From a virus: DNA of 64,000 nucleotides. Each line of letters starts with the position of its first letter. Position 1 is the first letter of the stretch. Under the pieces are notes generated by a model. That model saw nothing but the letters and a program-made list of their open reading frames with translations, was not told the origin of the DNA and did not search any database. This document shows positions 46,196-54,611 of the stretch, one piece after another. A program made the translations under genes and the position numbers. Location of the stretch: positions 64,001 to 128,000 of IMG/VR virus record IMGVR_UViG_3300042549_009011; one strand, given 5' to 3'.

Positions 46196-46261
46196 TTACA
46201 CGACCCACCCGCAGCGATTAATCACTGGCTGGCTTTTGAGATATGTAAACGAATAATGCAT
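46196..46261 (-). CDS. Putative attenuator leader peptide MHYSFTYLKSQPVINRCGWVV (not in ORF track)
   Basis: ATG 5 nt after upstream stop; 21 codons, 17 amino acids; stop 5 nt before antiterminator strand. Confidence 0.7.
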   Translation of the reverse strand: MHYSFTYLKSQPVINRCGWVV

Positions 46262-46266
46262 TAAAA

Positions 46267-46437
46267 TTATTTGGTTGGTTTTTCTTCCACAACAACTGGC
46301 TTTCTGGCTTCGTCGTATGTGTTGACTGCTTTAGCAAAAGCATTAAACTTTTGAAGGTTTTCTGCAAATTTAGCTTGATCGGCACAAGAGTTCAAAAGAA
46401 CTAAAGAGGCGATTAATGTAAAAATTTTTGCTTTCAT
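46267..46437 (-). CDS. Small lipoprotein
   Basis: MKAKIFTLIASLVLLNSC lipobox-like signal; ATG 46437 is 8 nt after GTGTAA. Confidence 0.7.
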   Translation of the reverse strand: MKAKIFTLIASLVLLNSCADQAKFAENLQKFNAFAKAVNTYDEARKPVVVEEKPTK

Positions 46438-46464
46438 ATTTTTTATTACACTCAATATTAATAT

Positions 46465-47040
46465 TTAATATAAATTTTTCAAGTAATAATTCCATTCAGG
46501 TCTAATTTTTTCTGCATTCAACATCAAAGCAGGTATTTGAGGAGGCTTTGGTATTTCTCCATTCTTATCAAAGAACGGAATAAAACTTCCTTTAGCTCTA
46601 TTGCAATTTAAACAAGAAATAACTCTATTATCATGAACATCTTCTCCACCTTTACTTCGTGGTTGAACATGATCTATGCTTAATTGCTTTAATGGAAACT
46701 TTTCAAAACAATATTGGCAAGTATAATTACATATTTTAGCCAATTCAAAAAGAGTCAACTTTCTTTTCTTTGGTCTTCTAAAGAATTTGCTTGTAACAAC
46801 AATAACAGTTGGTATAGCCCAAACATTGTGAGAGCTAGGCAGAAACGGCTGATCTTCATGATACTCTGCACTTGAATTCCAAGAATCTAAAGAATGAAAA
46901 ATAGATGCATTTTTATCCAATGCAGAAATTCTTTTCTTATGCAAATGAGAAAATGCCGCTCTTGCAGTTACAACCGTAATTGGTTGCCAAGCATTATTCA
47001 AAAGTAAAGTTGTTTTGCTATTTGCTGTTATAAGATTCAT
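46465..47040 (-). CDS. HNH endonuclease (McrA-like)
   Basis: CQYC...SIDHVQPRSKGG...N...CLNCNRAKG. Confidence 0.92.
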   Translation of the reverse strand: MNLITANSKTTLLLNNAWQPITVVTARAAFSHLHKKRISALDKNASIFHSLDSWNSSAEYHEDQPFLPSSHNVWAIPTVIVVTSKFFRRPKKRKLTLFELAKICNYTCQYCFEKFPLKQLSIDHVQPRSKGGEDVHDNRVISCLNCNRAKGSFIPFFDKNGEIPKPPQIPALMLNAEKIRPEWNYYLKNLY

Positions 47041-47042
47041 TG

Positions 47043-47732
47043 TTATCTACTATCTATAAAATATTCTTTTGCACCGTCAATTATCATCGCAGTAATATAT
47101 CCATAAGGTAAGAAGCTGCCAGTGTCAATGCAAATCCTGAATCCATCATTAGTGACTCCATCTCTTTGGACGGTGTGACCACAAACAACGGTTTTACCTG
47201 ATTTGTGAGGATATATATCATTGTATCGTCCCCAAATGCATTGCCATTCTTCTTGATCTTCCACATCTTGTTCGTGAGCCAAATGACCGTGAACAAAAAT
47301 ATGATTGTCTGTTTCATAGGTGAGTTTTAAATCATTAAAAAAGTCTCCATGAATTTCAAACATTTGTTGAATGGTTTCACCAAAGTTATCTTCTTTTAGA
47401 CCATATTTGTTGTAAGAGCGTAAACAAGAGACTCCTCCGTTGTTCATCCAAGAATGGAACATCTGAGATAGACCCAATCTTCCCTCTGTGAATTTCAGAC
47501 CGTCCATTGCAAACATTTCGTGATTGCCTTTCAAAGTCACCAAATTACATTTATCTTTAAGAGATAAAATAAAATCAATTACGCCTTTAGAATCTTCACC
47601 ACGATCAATATAATCGCCAAGAAAAATAATCGTGTCGTTTTTAGTGAATGATAGTTTTTCAAAAAGGTTTTTGAGTTTATGGATTTCTCCATGAACGTCA
47701 CCAATCGCTATAATTTTACCGCTATTTTTCAT
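47043..47732 (-). CDS. PPP-family metallophosphoesterase (Ser/Thr phosphatase-like)
   Basis: GDVHG, GDYIDRG, GNHE, FVHG, GHT, IDTG. Confidence 0.92.
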   Translation of the reverse strand: MKNSGKIIAIGDVHGEIHKLKNLFEKLSFTKNDTIIFLGDYIDRGEDSKGVIDFILSLKDKCNLVTLKGNHEMFAMDGLKFTEGRLGLSQMFHSWMNNGGVSCLRSYNKYGLKEDNFGETIQQMFEIHGDFFNDLKLTYETDNHIFVHGHLAHEQDVEDQEEWQCIWGRYNDIYPHKSGKTVVCGHTVQRDGVTNDGFRICIDTGSFLPYGYITAMIIDGAKEYFIDSR

Positions 47733-47970
47733 ATAGTTCTTTTATATCAGCTTCCAACTCCGTTGATCTATATCCAAGATTCAACAACATAATCTCTAAT
47801 CCTTCTAATCCAGCATTCCTGCAATAGAGTTGGCTTCTTCCGCCGCGAACTGTTACTGAACAAGTGCTAGGCGTATGTTCAATAATCATGTGCGGATCTG
47901 CTATACCAACCTGTTGCCCACCTTTTGAGCGAGTTATTGGAGTTATTTTAATTTGTGATGGGTGAATCAT
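47722..47970 (-). CDS. Stand-alone release-factor GGQ domain protein
   Basis: SKGGQQVG...IEHTPS..SV...RSQ...R..GL aligns with class I RF domain 3. Confidence 0.75.
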   Translation of the reverse strand: MIHPSQIKITPITRSKGGQQVGIADPHMIIEHTPSTCSVTVRGGRSQLYCRNAGLEGLEIMLLNLGYRSTELEADIKELYEK

Positions 47971-47999
47971 TTTTTTTTAATTATTAAATATGTAAATTT

Positions 48000-48539
48000 T
48001 TACCTTAAATTTTCTTTAAATAATCTCCAACGATCACTATCAATAGACTTAACACCAGAATTTATATTTGTCAACATGTTTTTTATTTCTTCGAAATTAT
48101 TATAAATGAATTTAGGAGGCATCATACCCATAATCCAAAGTGGGGTAAATTGTTTTCCTCCTTCAACAACAACAAAGGTCGGACGCTTGATTTTTATCGC
48201 AGTCGATAGTTCCTCCATCGTGCCAAAGGTTGGAGTTTTTGGGTTGATATAGCAGATAATAAAGTCTGCGCGATCAACCATAGACAAATCGAATGCCCTT
48301 ACTTGTTTAAAATGATCATGAACTTCATCAAATTCTCCATTAGCCATCAATGCTGCCATTCTAGCATGAGTGTTTTCATCTTCTTCTGGAGCGTTGATAA
48401 ATGGTTTTTCGTATGGGTTGAAGACGGTGACGTTAATTTCTTGCAAAAATTCTGTCATATCATCTCTCCAACTTCTGCCATCAGTTTCATACTGCATCGC
48501 TCCTGCTAGGTAAGTTTTAGTTTTCTTTAGTATATTCAT
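48000..48539 (-). CDS. Nucleoside 2-deoxyribosyltransferase/nucleotide hydrolase-like protein
   Basis: YLAGAM, WR, VFNP, DL..VDRAD, GTMEEL. Confidence 0.8.
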   Translation of the reverse strand: MNILKKTKTYLAGAMQYETDGRSWRDDMTEFLQEINVTVFNPYEKPFINAPEEDENTHARMAALMANGEFDEVHDHFKQVRAFDLSMVDRADFIICYINPKTPTFGTMEELSTAIKIKRPTFVVVEGGKQFTPLWIMGMMPPKFIYNNFEEIKNMLTNINSGVKSIDSDRWRLFKENLR

Positions 48540-48596
48540 AACTTTATGAGATTTGTATTCGTGATTCAGCGTGTTGTATTTTTACTGATCATCTTT

Positions 48597-48800
48597 TTAT
48601 CTTTCTTTTAAATCATTCGCGCGGCGCAATTCTTCAACCATTTCTCTTTGGTATTTTGCCTTAGTTGGTTCTGGCATGAATAATTCCTCTGCTGTATAAT
48701 TTCCGTTGCCACCCCTAATCCAGATGAAAACATAAAAGAATAGAGAAATTGCAATAACTATTGCGATTAAAGCTTCAATAATTGTTAGTCCTTTTTTCAT
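48597..48800 (-). CDS. Small protein with type IV prepilin-like N-terminus
   Basis: MKKG|LTIIEALIAIVI class III signal motif with Glu at +5. Confidence 0.7.
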   Translation of the reverse strand: MKKGLTIIEALIAIVIAISLFFYVFIWIRGGNGNYTAEELFMPEPTKAKYQREMVEELRRANDLKER

Positions 48801-48803
48801 AAT

Positions 48804-49061
48804 TTAATATCCTTTATAAAAGCTAATATCGCCGTTTTCTTCCGCTTTCACAGCTTCATATTTAGAAATTCGTCGCCTGTATAGTTCTAGCTTGGCGCAC
48901 TCAAGAGCGCCGATTATATCATTGTATGTTTGATAATTTTCTCCCTTATAGCTTAAATATTTTTCCATAAGCACATGAATATTATAATTAAATTCTCCTG
49001 CGTTTTTTGGTTTAGAACCAGTATCAATAATATATCTATCGTTTTCGTTAATATAAGGCAT
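48804..49061 (-). CDS. Conserved small phage protein
   Basis: MPYI...GEFNY...IGALECAKLELYRR...YE..K..ENGD motif common in phage nucleotide-metabolism regions. Confidence 0.7.
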   Translation of the reverse strand: MPYINENDRYIIDTGSKPKNAGEFNYNIHVLMEKYLSYKGENYQTYNDIIGALECAKLELYRRRISKYEAVKAEENGDISFYKGY

Positions 49062-49074
49062 AATTTTATTTATT

Positions 49075-49605
49075 TTAAATTAAATCCATTGCTGGAAACC
49101 ATTCTCTATTTGGCAAATACCAATGCTCGCAACTTTTAATAACATCAGTTAAAGAAACAACTGTCATTAAATCGCTTCTATCTTTTCTGCTATAAGACTT
49201 ATAAAGAGCGTCACCAATTTTAAGAACTGATTCGGTTAAATCGCATTTTTTATCAATTAGTTTTATAAGATCTGAATTTTTAACATGCAAAAAGAAAGCG
49301 CCGAAATCAAAAGCAATCCATTCAGGACCAGATTTACTGCACCAACCATCTTTGCCTTGAACATTTTTTATTTCAAGAAGAATCTTTCCTTGTTTATGCG
49401 TATCTTTAAGACCCTTAACATCTACAGTTTTTCCTGCAACAATAAAATCAATATGCTGCATATCTTGTTTATTAGTCGCTTTTTTAACTTCTAAATTAGC
49501 GGCTTTGCAGCTTTGATAGTATTTTTGTTGTCCACTTTCTCCAACATTAAAACTTTTTTTAATATGGGAATACGAAGACATTTGTTTTGCTTTATTTGAA
49601 ATCAT
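49075..49605 (-). CDS. PD-(D/E)XK nuclease-like protein
   Basis: HIDF...VDVKG...LEIKNV.G..GW. Confidence 0.6.
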   Translation of the reverse strand: MISNKAKQMSSYSHIKKSFNVGESGQQKYYQSCKAANLEVKKATNKQDMQHIDFIVAGKTVDVKGLKDTHKQGKILLEIKNVQGKDGWCSKSGPEWIAFDFGAFFLHVKNSDLIKLIDKKCDLTESVLKIGDALYKSYSRKDRSDLMTVVSLTDVIKSCEHWYLPNREWFPAMDLI

Positions 49606-49700
49606 TATGTATTTTAATTTTTTGTTTTACTTTTTCGTAAATCATTTGAAAACCGCACGAACAATAAACAAGAAAAACTATTATATTATATTTTATTTTT

Positions 49701-49988
49701 TTAATCATTTAAATTTATTTCTTTTGGGGATATGTCTTCGATTTCTTCACAGATTTTCTTTATTTCCCAAAAATCCATTTCTTTCGCTCTTTTTCTTAAA
49801 TTGGAAACAAAAGAACAATAAATTTCATATTCTTTTGTTTGCTCAATCATTATTTGTTTTTCGTGATCGTAAATGCCACAATCAAAAACTTCATAACGCA
49901 CTGGATCTAGAATTTTCTCAATAGCATCGTAGTTGCTTTTTCTAGTTACATATTCAAGAATATCTTCTTTTTTAATATTGATCTTCAT
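49701..49988 (-). CDS. Hypothetical protein
   Basis: ORF in minus-strand run. Confidence 0.55.
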   Translation of the reverse strand: MKINIKKEDILEYVTRKSNYDAIEKILDPVRYEVFDCGIYDHEKQIMIEQTKEYEIYCSFVSNLRKRAKEMDFWEIKKICEEIEDISPKEINLND

Positions 49989-49992
49989 AAAT

Positions 49993-50208
49993 TTATTTTA
50001 TGTTATTTTTTTTATATTCTAAAAATTCAGAATAAGAGATTTTTGTTTTATTGGTTCTTCCTGCGTGAATGCATATAGATAGATTTTCAATTTCAGCCCA
50101 TTCTTCAAAAGTTCTCTTAGCGAAAATATCATCAAAGTTTTCGCGACCTTCTTTAGAAAGTGCAGAAGTTTTAATTTCCGCTCCAGTAATATCATTTTTT
50201 GCTGCCAT
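49993..50208 (-). CDS. Hypothetical protein
   Basis: Start at ATG 50208 (MAAKNDITG). Confidence 0.55.
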   Translation of the reverse strand: MAAKNDITGAEIKTSALSKEGRENFDDIFAKRTFEEWAEIENLSICIHAGRTNKTKISYSEFLEYKKNNIK

Positions 50209-50365
50209 ATTTTTTATTATTTTATTTTTTATGCAAATAAAAGCACGTAAAACACAGCAATTATACAAGGTATTGCTAAAATTATTTCTAATGTATCTAA
50301 TCCCATCATTGTTTTGTTGTTCAATTATAAGCTGAATTACGTATCAAAGTCAAATCATTTTTTTA

Positions 50366-50731
50366 TTATTTTCGAGCCTCTCTCCATCTTTTTAGTGCTT
50401 TTGATATATCTTCATTAAACATCCAAGACACGGGAGCATAGCAAGAAGAAAGTTCTACAGCGAGAGCGTCTGCGATTTCTCGTTCTTCTTTAAGCTGTTT
50501 TTCAAGTTTCTCGCCGTAAGCTGTTTCCTCTACGAGCATTTTCACTTGTTCTTTAATCATGTCAGGAAGATTTTCAACAGTATGATTTGGAATATAACCG
50601 ACTGGCATTTCGTATAGACATTTTTTCAAAATATCTTCCAGCTTATCTCGCTGCTCTGTTACTTGCAAAAGTTTTGATTCGAGTATGTTTAGATCAAAGC
50701 CCGAAATTATTACGTCATGAGTTCGTCCCAT
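50366..50731 (-). CDS. Hypothetical coiled-coil protein
   Basis: Shares VTEQRDKL motif with neighbours. Confidence 0.55.
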   Translation of the reverse strand: MGRTHDVIISGFDLNILESKLLQVTEQRDKLEDILKKCLYEMPVGYIPNHTVENLPDMIKEQVKMLVEETAYGEKLEKQLKEEREIADALAVELSSCYAPVSWMFNEDISKALKRWREARK

Positions 50732-51059
50732 CGCTCCCTCCTTCCCACTTGCCGATAGTTACTAAATATGCCTTAGCAAGTTGCTTTGCTGTTGCTCTCA
50801 CTCTGTCCATTTTTGATACGAGTCGCCCAGTATCTTCGTAGATAACCTGATCTAAATGAGCCGTAAATTCATCGTTATCAGGTAATGTAAGTAGAGCCTC
50901 ATGCATCGCGTTGCGGTCTTTGAGGTAGTCGGGTAGATCTGAATCATAAAAAACATAATCCAATCCATTATCCCATACTTTTATACTGCCTTTAATTCTA
51001 CTATGCCATTTCCATCCACAAGCTTTTGCGATGGCGATTCGTTGTGATTTAGGACTCAT
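50715..51059 (-). CDS. Hypothetical, paralogue family A
   Basis: QRIAIA..CGW...LPDYL.D.NAMHEA...ATA.Q.A.AYL.TIGKW. Confidence 0.7.
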   Translation of the reverse strand: MSPKSQRIAIAKACGWKWHSRIKGSIKVWDNGLDYVFYDSDLPDYLKDRNAMHEALLTLPDNDEFTAHLDQVIYEDTGRLVSKMDRVRATAKQLAKAYLVTIGKWEGGSDGTNS

Positions 51060-51372
51060 CCGCCCCTCCTTCCCACTTACCGATGGTTCGGAGATATGCT
51101 TCTGCGCGTTGGGCTGCGGTTGCTTCCGTTGGGTAATCTGGTGATAAATTATGAAGGTGAGCTTCGTAGGTTCTTAGTTGCTCTGCTCCTGTCAGTTCTT
51201 TTCTTACTGCCAACCAGATTGCATTTAGGTCGTTGAGGTAGTCGGGGAGTTCATCGAATCGAGCGAATTTAGTTTTCTCGTTAGTCACGTAAAACGCCCA
51301 TACTCCTGATGCTACCGTTTTTACCCATCCGCAAGCCTCCGCGATGGCGGTTCTTTGTTGTTCTTCGTTCAT
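51049..51372 (-). CDS. Hypothetical, paralogue family A
   Basis: Same three conserved blocks. Confidence 0.7.
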   Translation of the reverse strand: MNEEQQRTAIAEACGWVKTVASGVWAFYVTNEKTKFARFDELPDYLNDLNAIWLAVRKELTGAEQLRTYEAHLHNLSPDYPTEATAAQRAEAYLRTIGKWEGGADES

Positions 51373-51692
51373 AGTTCGTTTTGGTTAGTTGTCCACTTGC
51401 CGATGGTGCGGAGATAGGCTTCCGCTCGCTGAGCGGCGGTAGCTCTTGTGGGCGAAAGGTCTGCGGGGTGTTGGCTTGGTTGAGCATCACGCCAACGTAT
51501 CTCAATCAGGCATGATAAGTATGTATCCCATGAATTGCGGATATTATTTTCCGCCTCATGCATCGCGTTAAGATCGTTAAGGTAGTCTGGCAGATCGCTG
51601 ACAAATGTGTAACTCGATGGTGCGTGATCGCCGTCATGTAGACGGATGCCAACGCTTTCCGCAATGGCGATTCGTTGTGCTTTAGGACTCAT
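51369..51692 (-). CDS. Hypothetical, paralogue family A
   Basis: Same three conserved blocks. Confidence 0.7.
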   Translation of the reverse strand: MSPKAQRIAIAESVGIRLHDGDHAPSSYTFVSDLPDYLNDLNAMHEAENNIRNSWDTYLSCLIEIRWRDAQPSQHPADLSPTRATAAQRAEAYLRTIGKWTTNQNEL

Positions 51693-52134
51693 CGATCCCT
51701 CCTTTCACGGCTGCGAGTGCTTCGGCTGCGATACTTTGCGGATCGTCTTCGGCGAATCTACCTTGGTAATCTGCGATTCGTTCAAGCGCCTCCGCCAGCC
51801 TGTCCCGCTGCTCTTCTGCTTTTTCAGCGCGTTCTTGCGCCTTAGTATAAATTGATTCGGATCTTCTAAGTTCGGTTAATCCTTTTGTAATTTCATCGTG
51901 CCAGCCGTCTTGCGCTTCCTTTAGCTGCTCGGTGACGGCGGTTAGCTCGCGTTCTAGTTGTTTAATTTTGGATGAATGTTTTAAGGCGTATTCAAAGCCG
52001 TCAGAAAAGGCAACCTCACCAACTATTCTTGTGCTTTGGCTTTTCTTGAACAGTCTTTGATTTCCATACTCCAAGGAAACTTTAGTCGCTTCAAATAAAT
52101 CCGTCTCAGTCCTCGGTGTCGGTGTGTTGTTCAT
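51682..52134 (-). CDS. Hypothetical, paralogue family B
   Basis: MNNTPTPRT N-terminus, LERELTAVTEQ, EQRDRLAEAL. Confidence 0.65.
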   Translation of the reverse strand: MNNTPTPRTETDLFEATKVSLEYGNQRLFKKSQSTRIVGEVAFSDGFEYALKHSSKIKQLERELTAVTEQLKEAQDGWHDEITKGLTELRRSESIYTKAQERAEKAEEQRDRLAEALERIADYQGRFAEDDPQSIAAEALAAVKGGIDES

Positions 52135-52274
52135 GGTGTTGGTTGGTTTGATTTAGGTTTGACTCGTTCTTTGCCGCATTTGCACCATTGCAAACGCCAT
52201 TGGATTTTCTTGGCGGTGTCGATAAATAAAGCACCGTCATGCCATCGGTGGCGTAGGTGTGGCTTGTCGTTCAT
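52131..52274 (-). CDS. 47-aa hypothetical protein (not in ORF track)
   Basis: MNDKPHLRHRWH...QWCKCGKERVK..., stop overlaps next ATG. Confidence 0.5.
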   Translation of the reverse strand: MNDKPHLRHRWHDGALFIDTAKKIQWRLQWCKCGKERVKPKSNQPTP

Positions 52275-52525
52275 AGTATTAATTGGTTGGTTAAAATTAG
52301 TCATGCCTTGTTTTTCTTGGGTATTTTACGTTTAGTGATCTTACCCCGTGTTTGAGAGGTAGTCTGACTGGTGCGCATTTCCAGCACATTGAAAAATGCC
52401 CGTATCCGTTGGGGGTGTATTCATGAGGACATCCACAACCCGAACAAGTCGAGGTAGAACAACCGCCATCCGTTCGTTCTCTGTAGAAATCTTCATCGTT
52501 TCTCGGATCGTGTATTGGCGGTTCG

Positions 52526-52735
52526 TCACTCATGGTGTTGGTTGGTTTGGATTGCGAATGATATTGCCGACAAAGGTGTAGCTAAAAACACGGTCATAAA
52601 AACCCAAAATGCAACGTCACTGTTACGTGCATTAAAGTCGTAACCAGATAGCCAGCCTATGAAAGCGGAGAACAGGCAGAAGGTTATGAATATCAAAGCG
52701 GATAGTTTTATTTGTTGTTTAATTGTAAGTTTCAT
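52526..52735 (-). CDS. Small two-TM membrane protein
   Basis: Two hydrophobic helices. Confidence 0.6.
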   Translation of the reverse strand: MKLTIKQQIKLSALIFITFCLFSAFIGWLSGYDFNARNSDVAFWVFMTVFLATPLSAISFAIQTNQHHE

Positions 52736-52786
52736 GGTTGTTGGTTGATTTTTTAGACCGAACCGTTCGGTCGGTCAGCTTGGCTG

Positions 52787-52987
52787 TTATGCGAACTTAA
52801 TCGATTCGTCTTTTTCAGTATCGCTTAGTCGATTCCATGCTACTTGTTTCGAGTGCTCAAGCTCAGATTCCAGCTCTCTGATACGATCCTCAAGCGACTC
52901 GATTAGCTCGGCTTGCTCTCGCTCAAGTGGGGTGCATGGTTTGCCGTTAATTTGCGCATCAGTCCTCGGTGTCGGTGTGTTGTTCAT
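52787..52987 (-). CDS. Hypothetical, paralogue family B
   Basis: MNNTPTPRT N-terminus, coiled coil. Confidence 0.6.
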   Translation of the reverse strand: MNNTPTPRTDAQINGKPCTPLEREQAELIESLEDRIRELESELEHSKQVAWNRLSDTEKDESIKFA

Positions 52988-53367
52988 GGTGTTGTTAGTT
53001 TTGGTAATGACATCCAGTGGGTTGGTTCAATTGCCCAACCATCCCACATTTCCCTAGCCCCTAGCCAACGAGTTATAAGATATCCGTGTTCAGGATGGGC
53101 ACTTAAGATAAAAGATCTATCCTTAGGTGCAGTCTCGATAGGTTGCCATTGTTCTAAAGCCTCCGCCAGCTTGTCCCGCTGCTCGGTGGAATCTTTAAGT
53201 TGCTTGCGAAGAATTGCCACGCAACTGCAATGCACCTCATCTGGATATTCAGCTTTGACTTGCTCGGCTGCGTTGTGCCAATCAGCTAGTTCCTCCCGTG
53301 CTGCGGTTAGCTCTTTATTAAGTTCAACCACTTTGTTGGTTGCTGCTAGTAAATGTTCCATGTTCAT
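52984..53367 (-). CDS. Coiled-coil plus DUF551-like domain protein
   Basis: WQPIETAPKD...PTHWMSLP. Confidence 0.7.
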   Translation of the reverse strand: MNMEHLLAATNKVVELNKELTAAREELADWHNAAEQVKAEYPDEVHCSCVAILRKQLKDSTEQRDKLAEALEQWQPIETAPKDRSFILSAHPEHGYLITRWLGAREMWDGWAIEPTHWMSLPKLTTP

Positions 53368-53396
53368 GGTTTTGTTGGTTATTATTTTATTTTTTT

Positions 53397-54293
53397 TTAC
53401 TTAGATAATCCATCCATCTGATTAAGCAGAGTATTAATGCGCTCAAGATCGTATGCTCTACATGAACTAATTGTAGTGGGATGAAAAACTCTACCACTAT
53501 CGCTTTCCTCTTGGATTTTTAGTATCTGCAAAAAACTTTGTACGCACTCTTGGAGTTTTTCGTATTGCAGCTTAATTTCATCAAGTTGGCGCTGAACTTC
53601 TTTCTTTTGTTGAATTTGTTCGTCTGCGAACTCTTCAAGAACTTTGATGGTTTCTATTGTTTTATTCATTTTTATTATTTTTAATTCCAACTAAAGTTTT
53701 TCACTCAAAAGTTTTTAAAAATTCCATTACGCTTTGCACTTCCACAGCTTCTTTTAAATTATGAGCAATCTTTTCTTCATTCCATCTTTTAGACATACGA
53801 GACGGATCGAACTCTGTAGTATGGATTCTGTATTCGTACGGTTGCTCTTTTGCAAGTTGTAGGATTTCCAATGAATGGAAAGAGGCGGCTCCTTTGTGCC
53901 AATTTTCGCCGTCATCAGTGTATTCGTAGTAGTGTATTTTCATTTATCTGGATTCTCCCAAACATAATATGTCCATTGATCACCATGTTCCGCTTTCGCC
54001 GCTTTGATAGCTTCCTCTTTGCTCTTTGCTTTGTATTTTCCAGCAATGGCAGTTCCTCCGCTACAAGTGATGGCTATTGTGTATGCTTCCTTTTTCTTTT
54101 TATTGTTTTTTAAATCATTTTTTAATGCAATCAAATCATCTTTGTCCATTAACTTATAAAAGCTGTTGTATGGACATTTAAGAAAGTCTTTGCTTTGACT
54201 GAGCAATTCTTCCTCATCCATACCCCTATAAGAATCATTTCCTCCCATGCGGTCTGAAGCGGTTCGTATCAAGTACCAAGTTTTCTTTTTCAT
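53397..54293 (-). other. Three small hypothetical CDS (53397-53669, 53701-53943, 53940-54293)
   Basis: Co-oriented, tightly packed ORFs without recognisable motifs. Confidence 0.55.
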
Positions 54294-54607
54294 TTCTTCT
54301 TTTTCTTTTGAGTTAATTTCACCAATGCCATTGCTTTAATCTTAACATCTGCTGTAAGAATGTCAAGATCAGAAACAACAGGAGTGCCAACTTTATTCAA
54401 AGGACAAAACGGCGCTACCAAATCACGTAGTATTCCTACCCACTTTACCCTCAATTCAAGATTGTTTCTATCGTGAAGACCAAGTTGTTTCTCAGCTTCA
54501 TATATTGCATTAAAGTCATTGCAGTAGTAGCGACAATTTCTGATGTGATGCTTTTTTGATTCTCCACAAGCTTCAGCGATAGCAATATTAATTTCTTGAT
54601 CAGTCAT
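54290..54607 (-). CDS. Hypothetical, divergent paralogue family A member
   Basis: MTDQEINIAIAEACG...YCNDFNAIYEAE; start ATG 54607. Confidence 0.6.
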   Translation of the reverse strand: MTDQEINIAIAEACGESKKHHIRNCRYYCNDFNAIYEAEKQLGLHDRNNLELRVKWVGILRDLVAPFCPLNKVGTPVVSDLDILTADVKIKAMALVKLTQKKKKK

Positions 54608-54611
54608 ATTT

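Larger units (their letters stand above)
52106..52994. repeat. 36-bp exact direct repeat (52106-52141 and 52959-52994)
   Basis: TCAGTCCTCGGTGTCGGTGTGTTGTTCATGGTGTTG twice, covering leader and MNNTPTPRT start. Confidence 0.9.
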
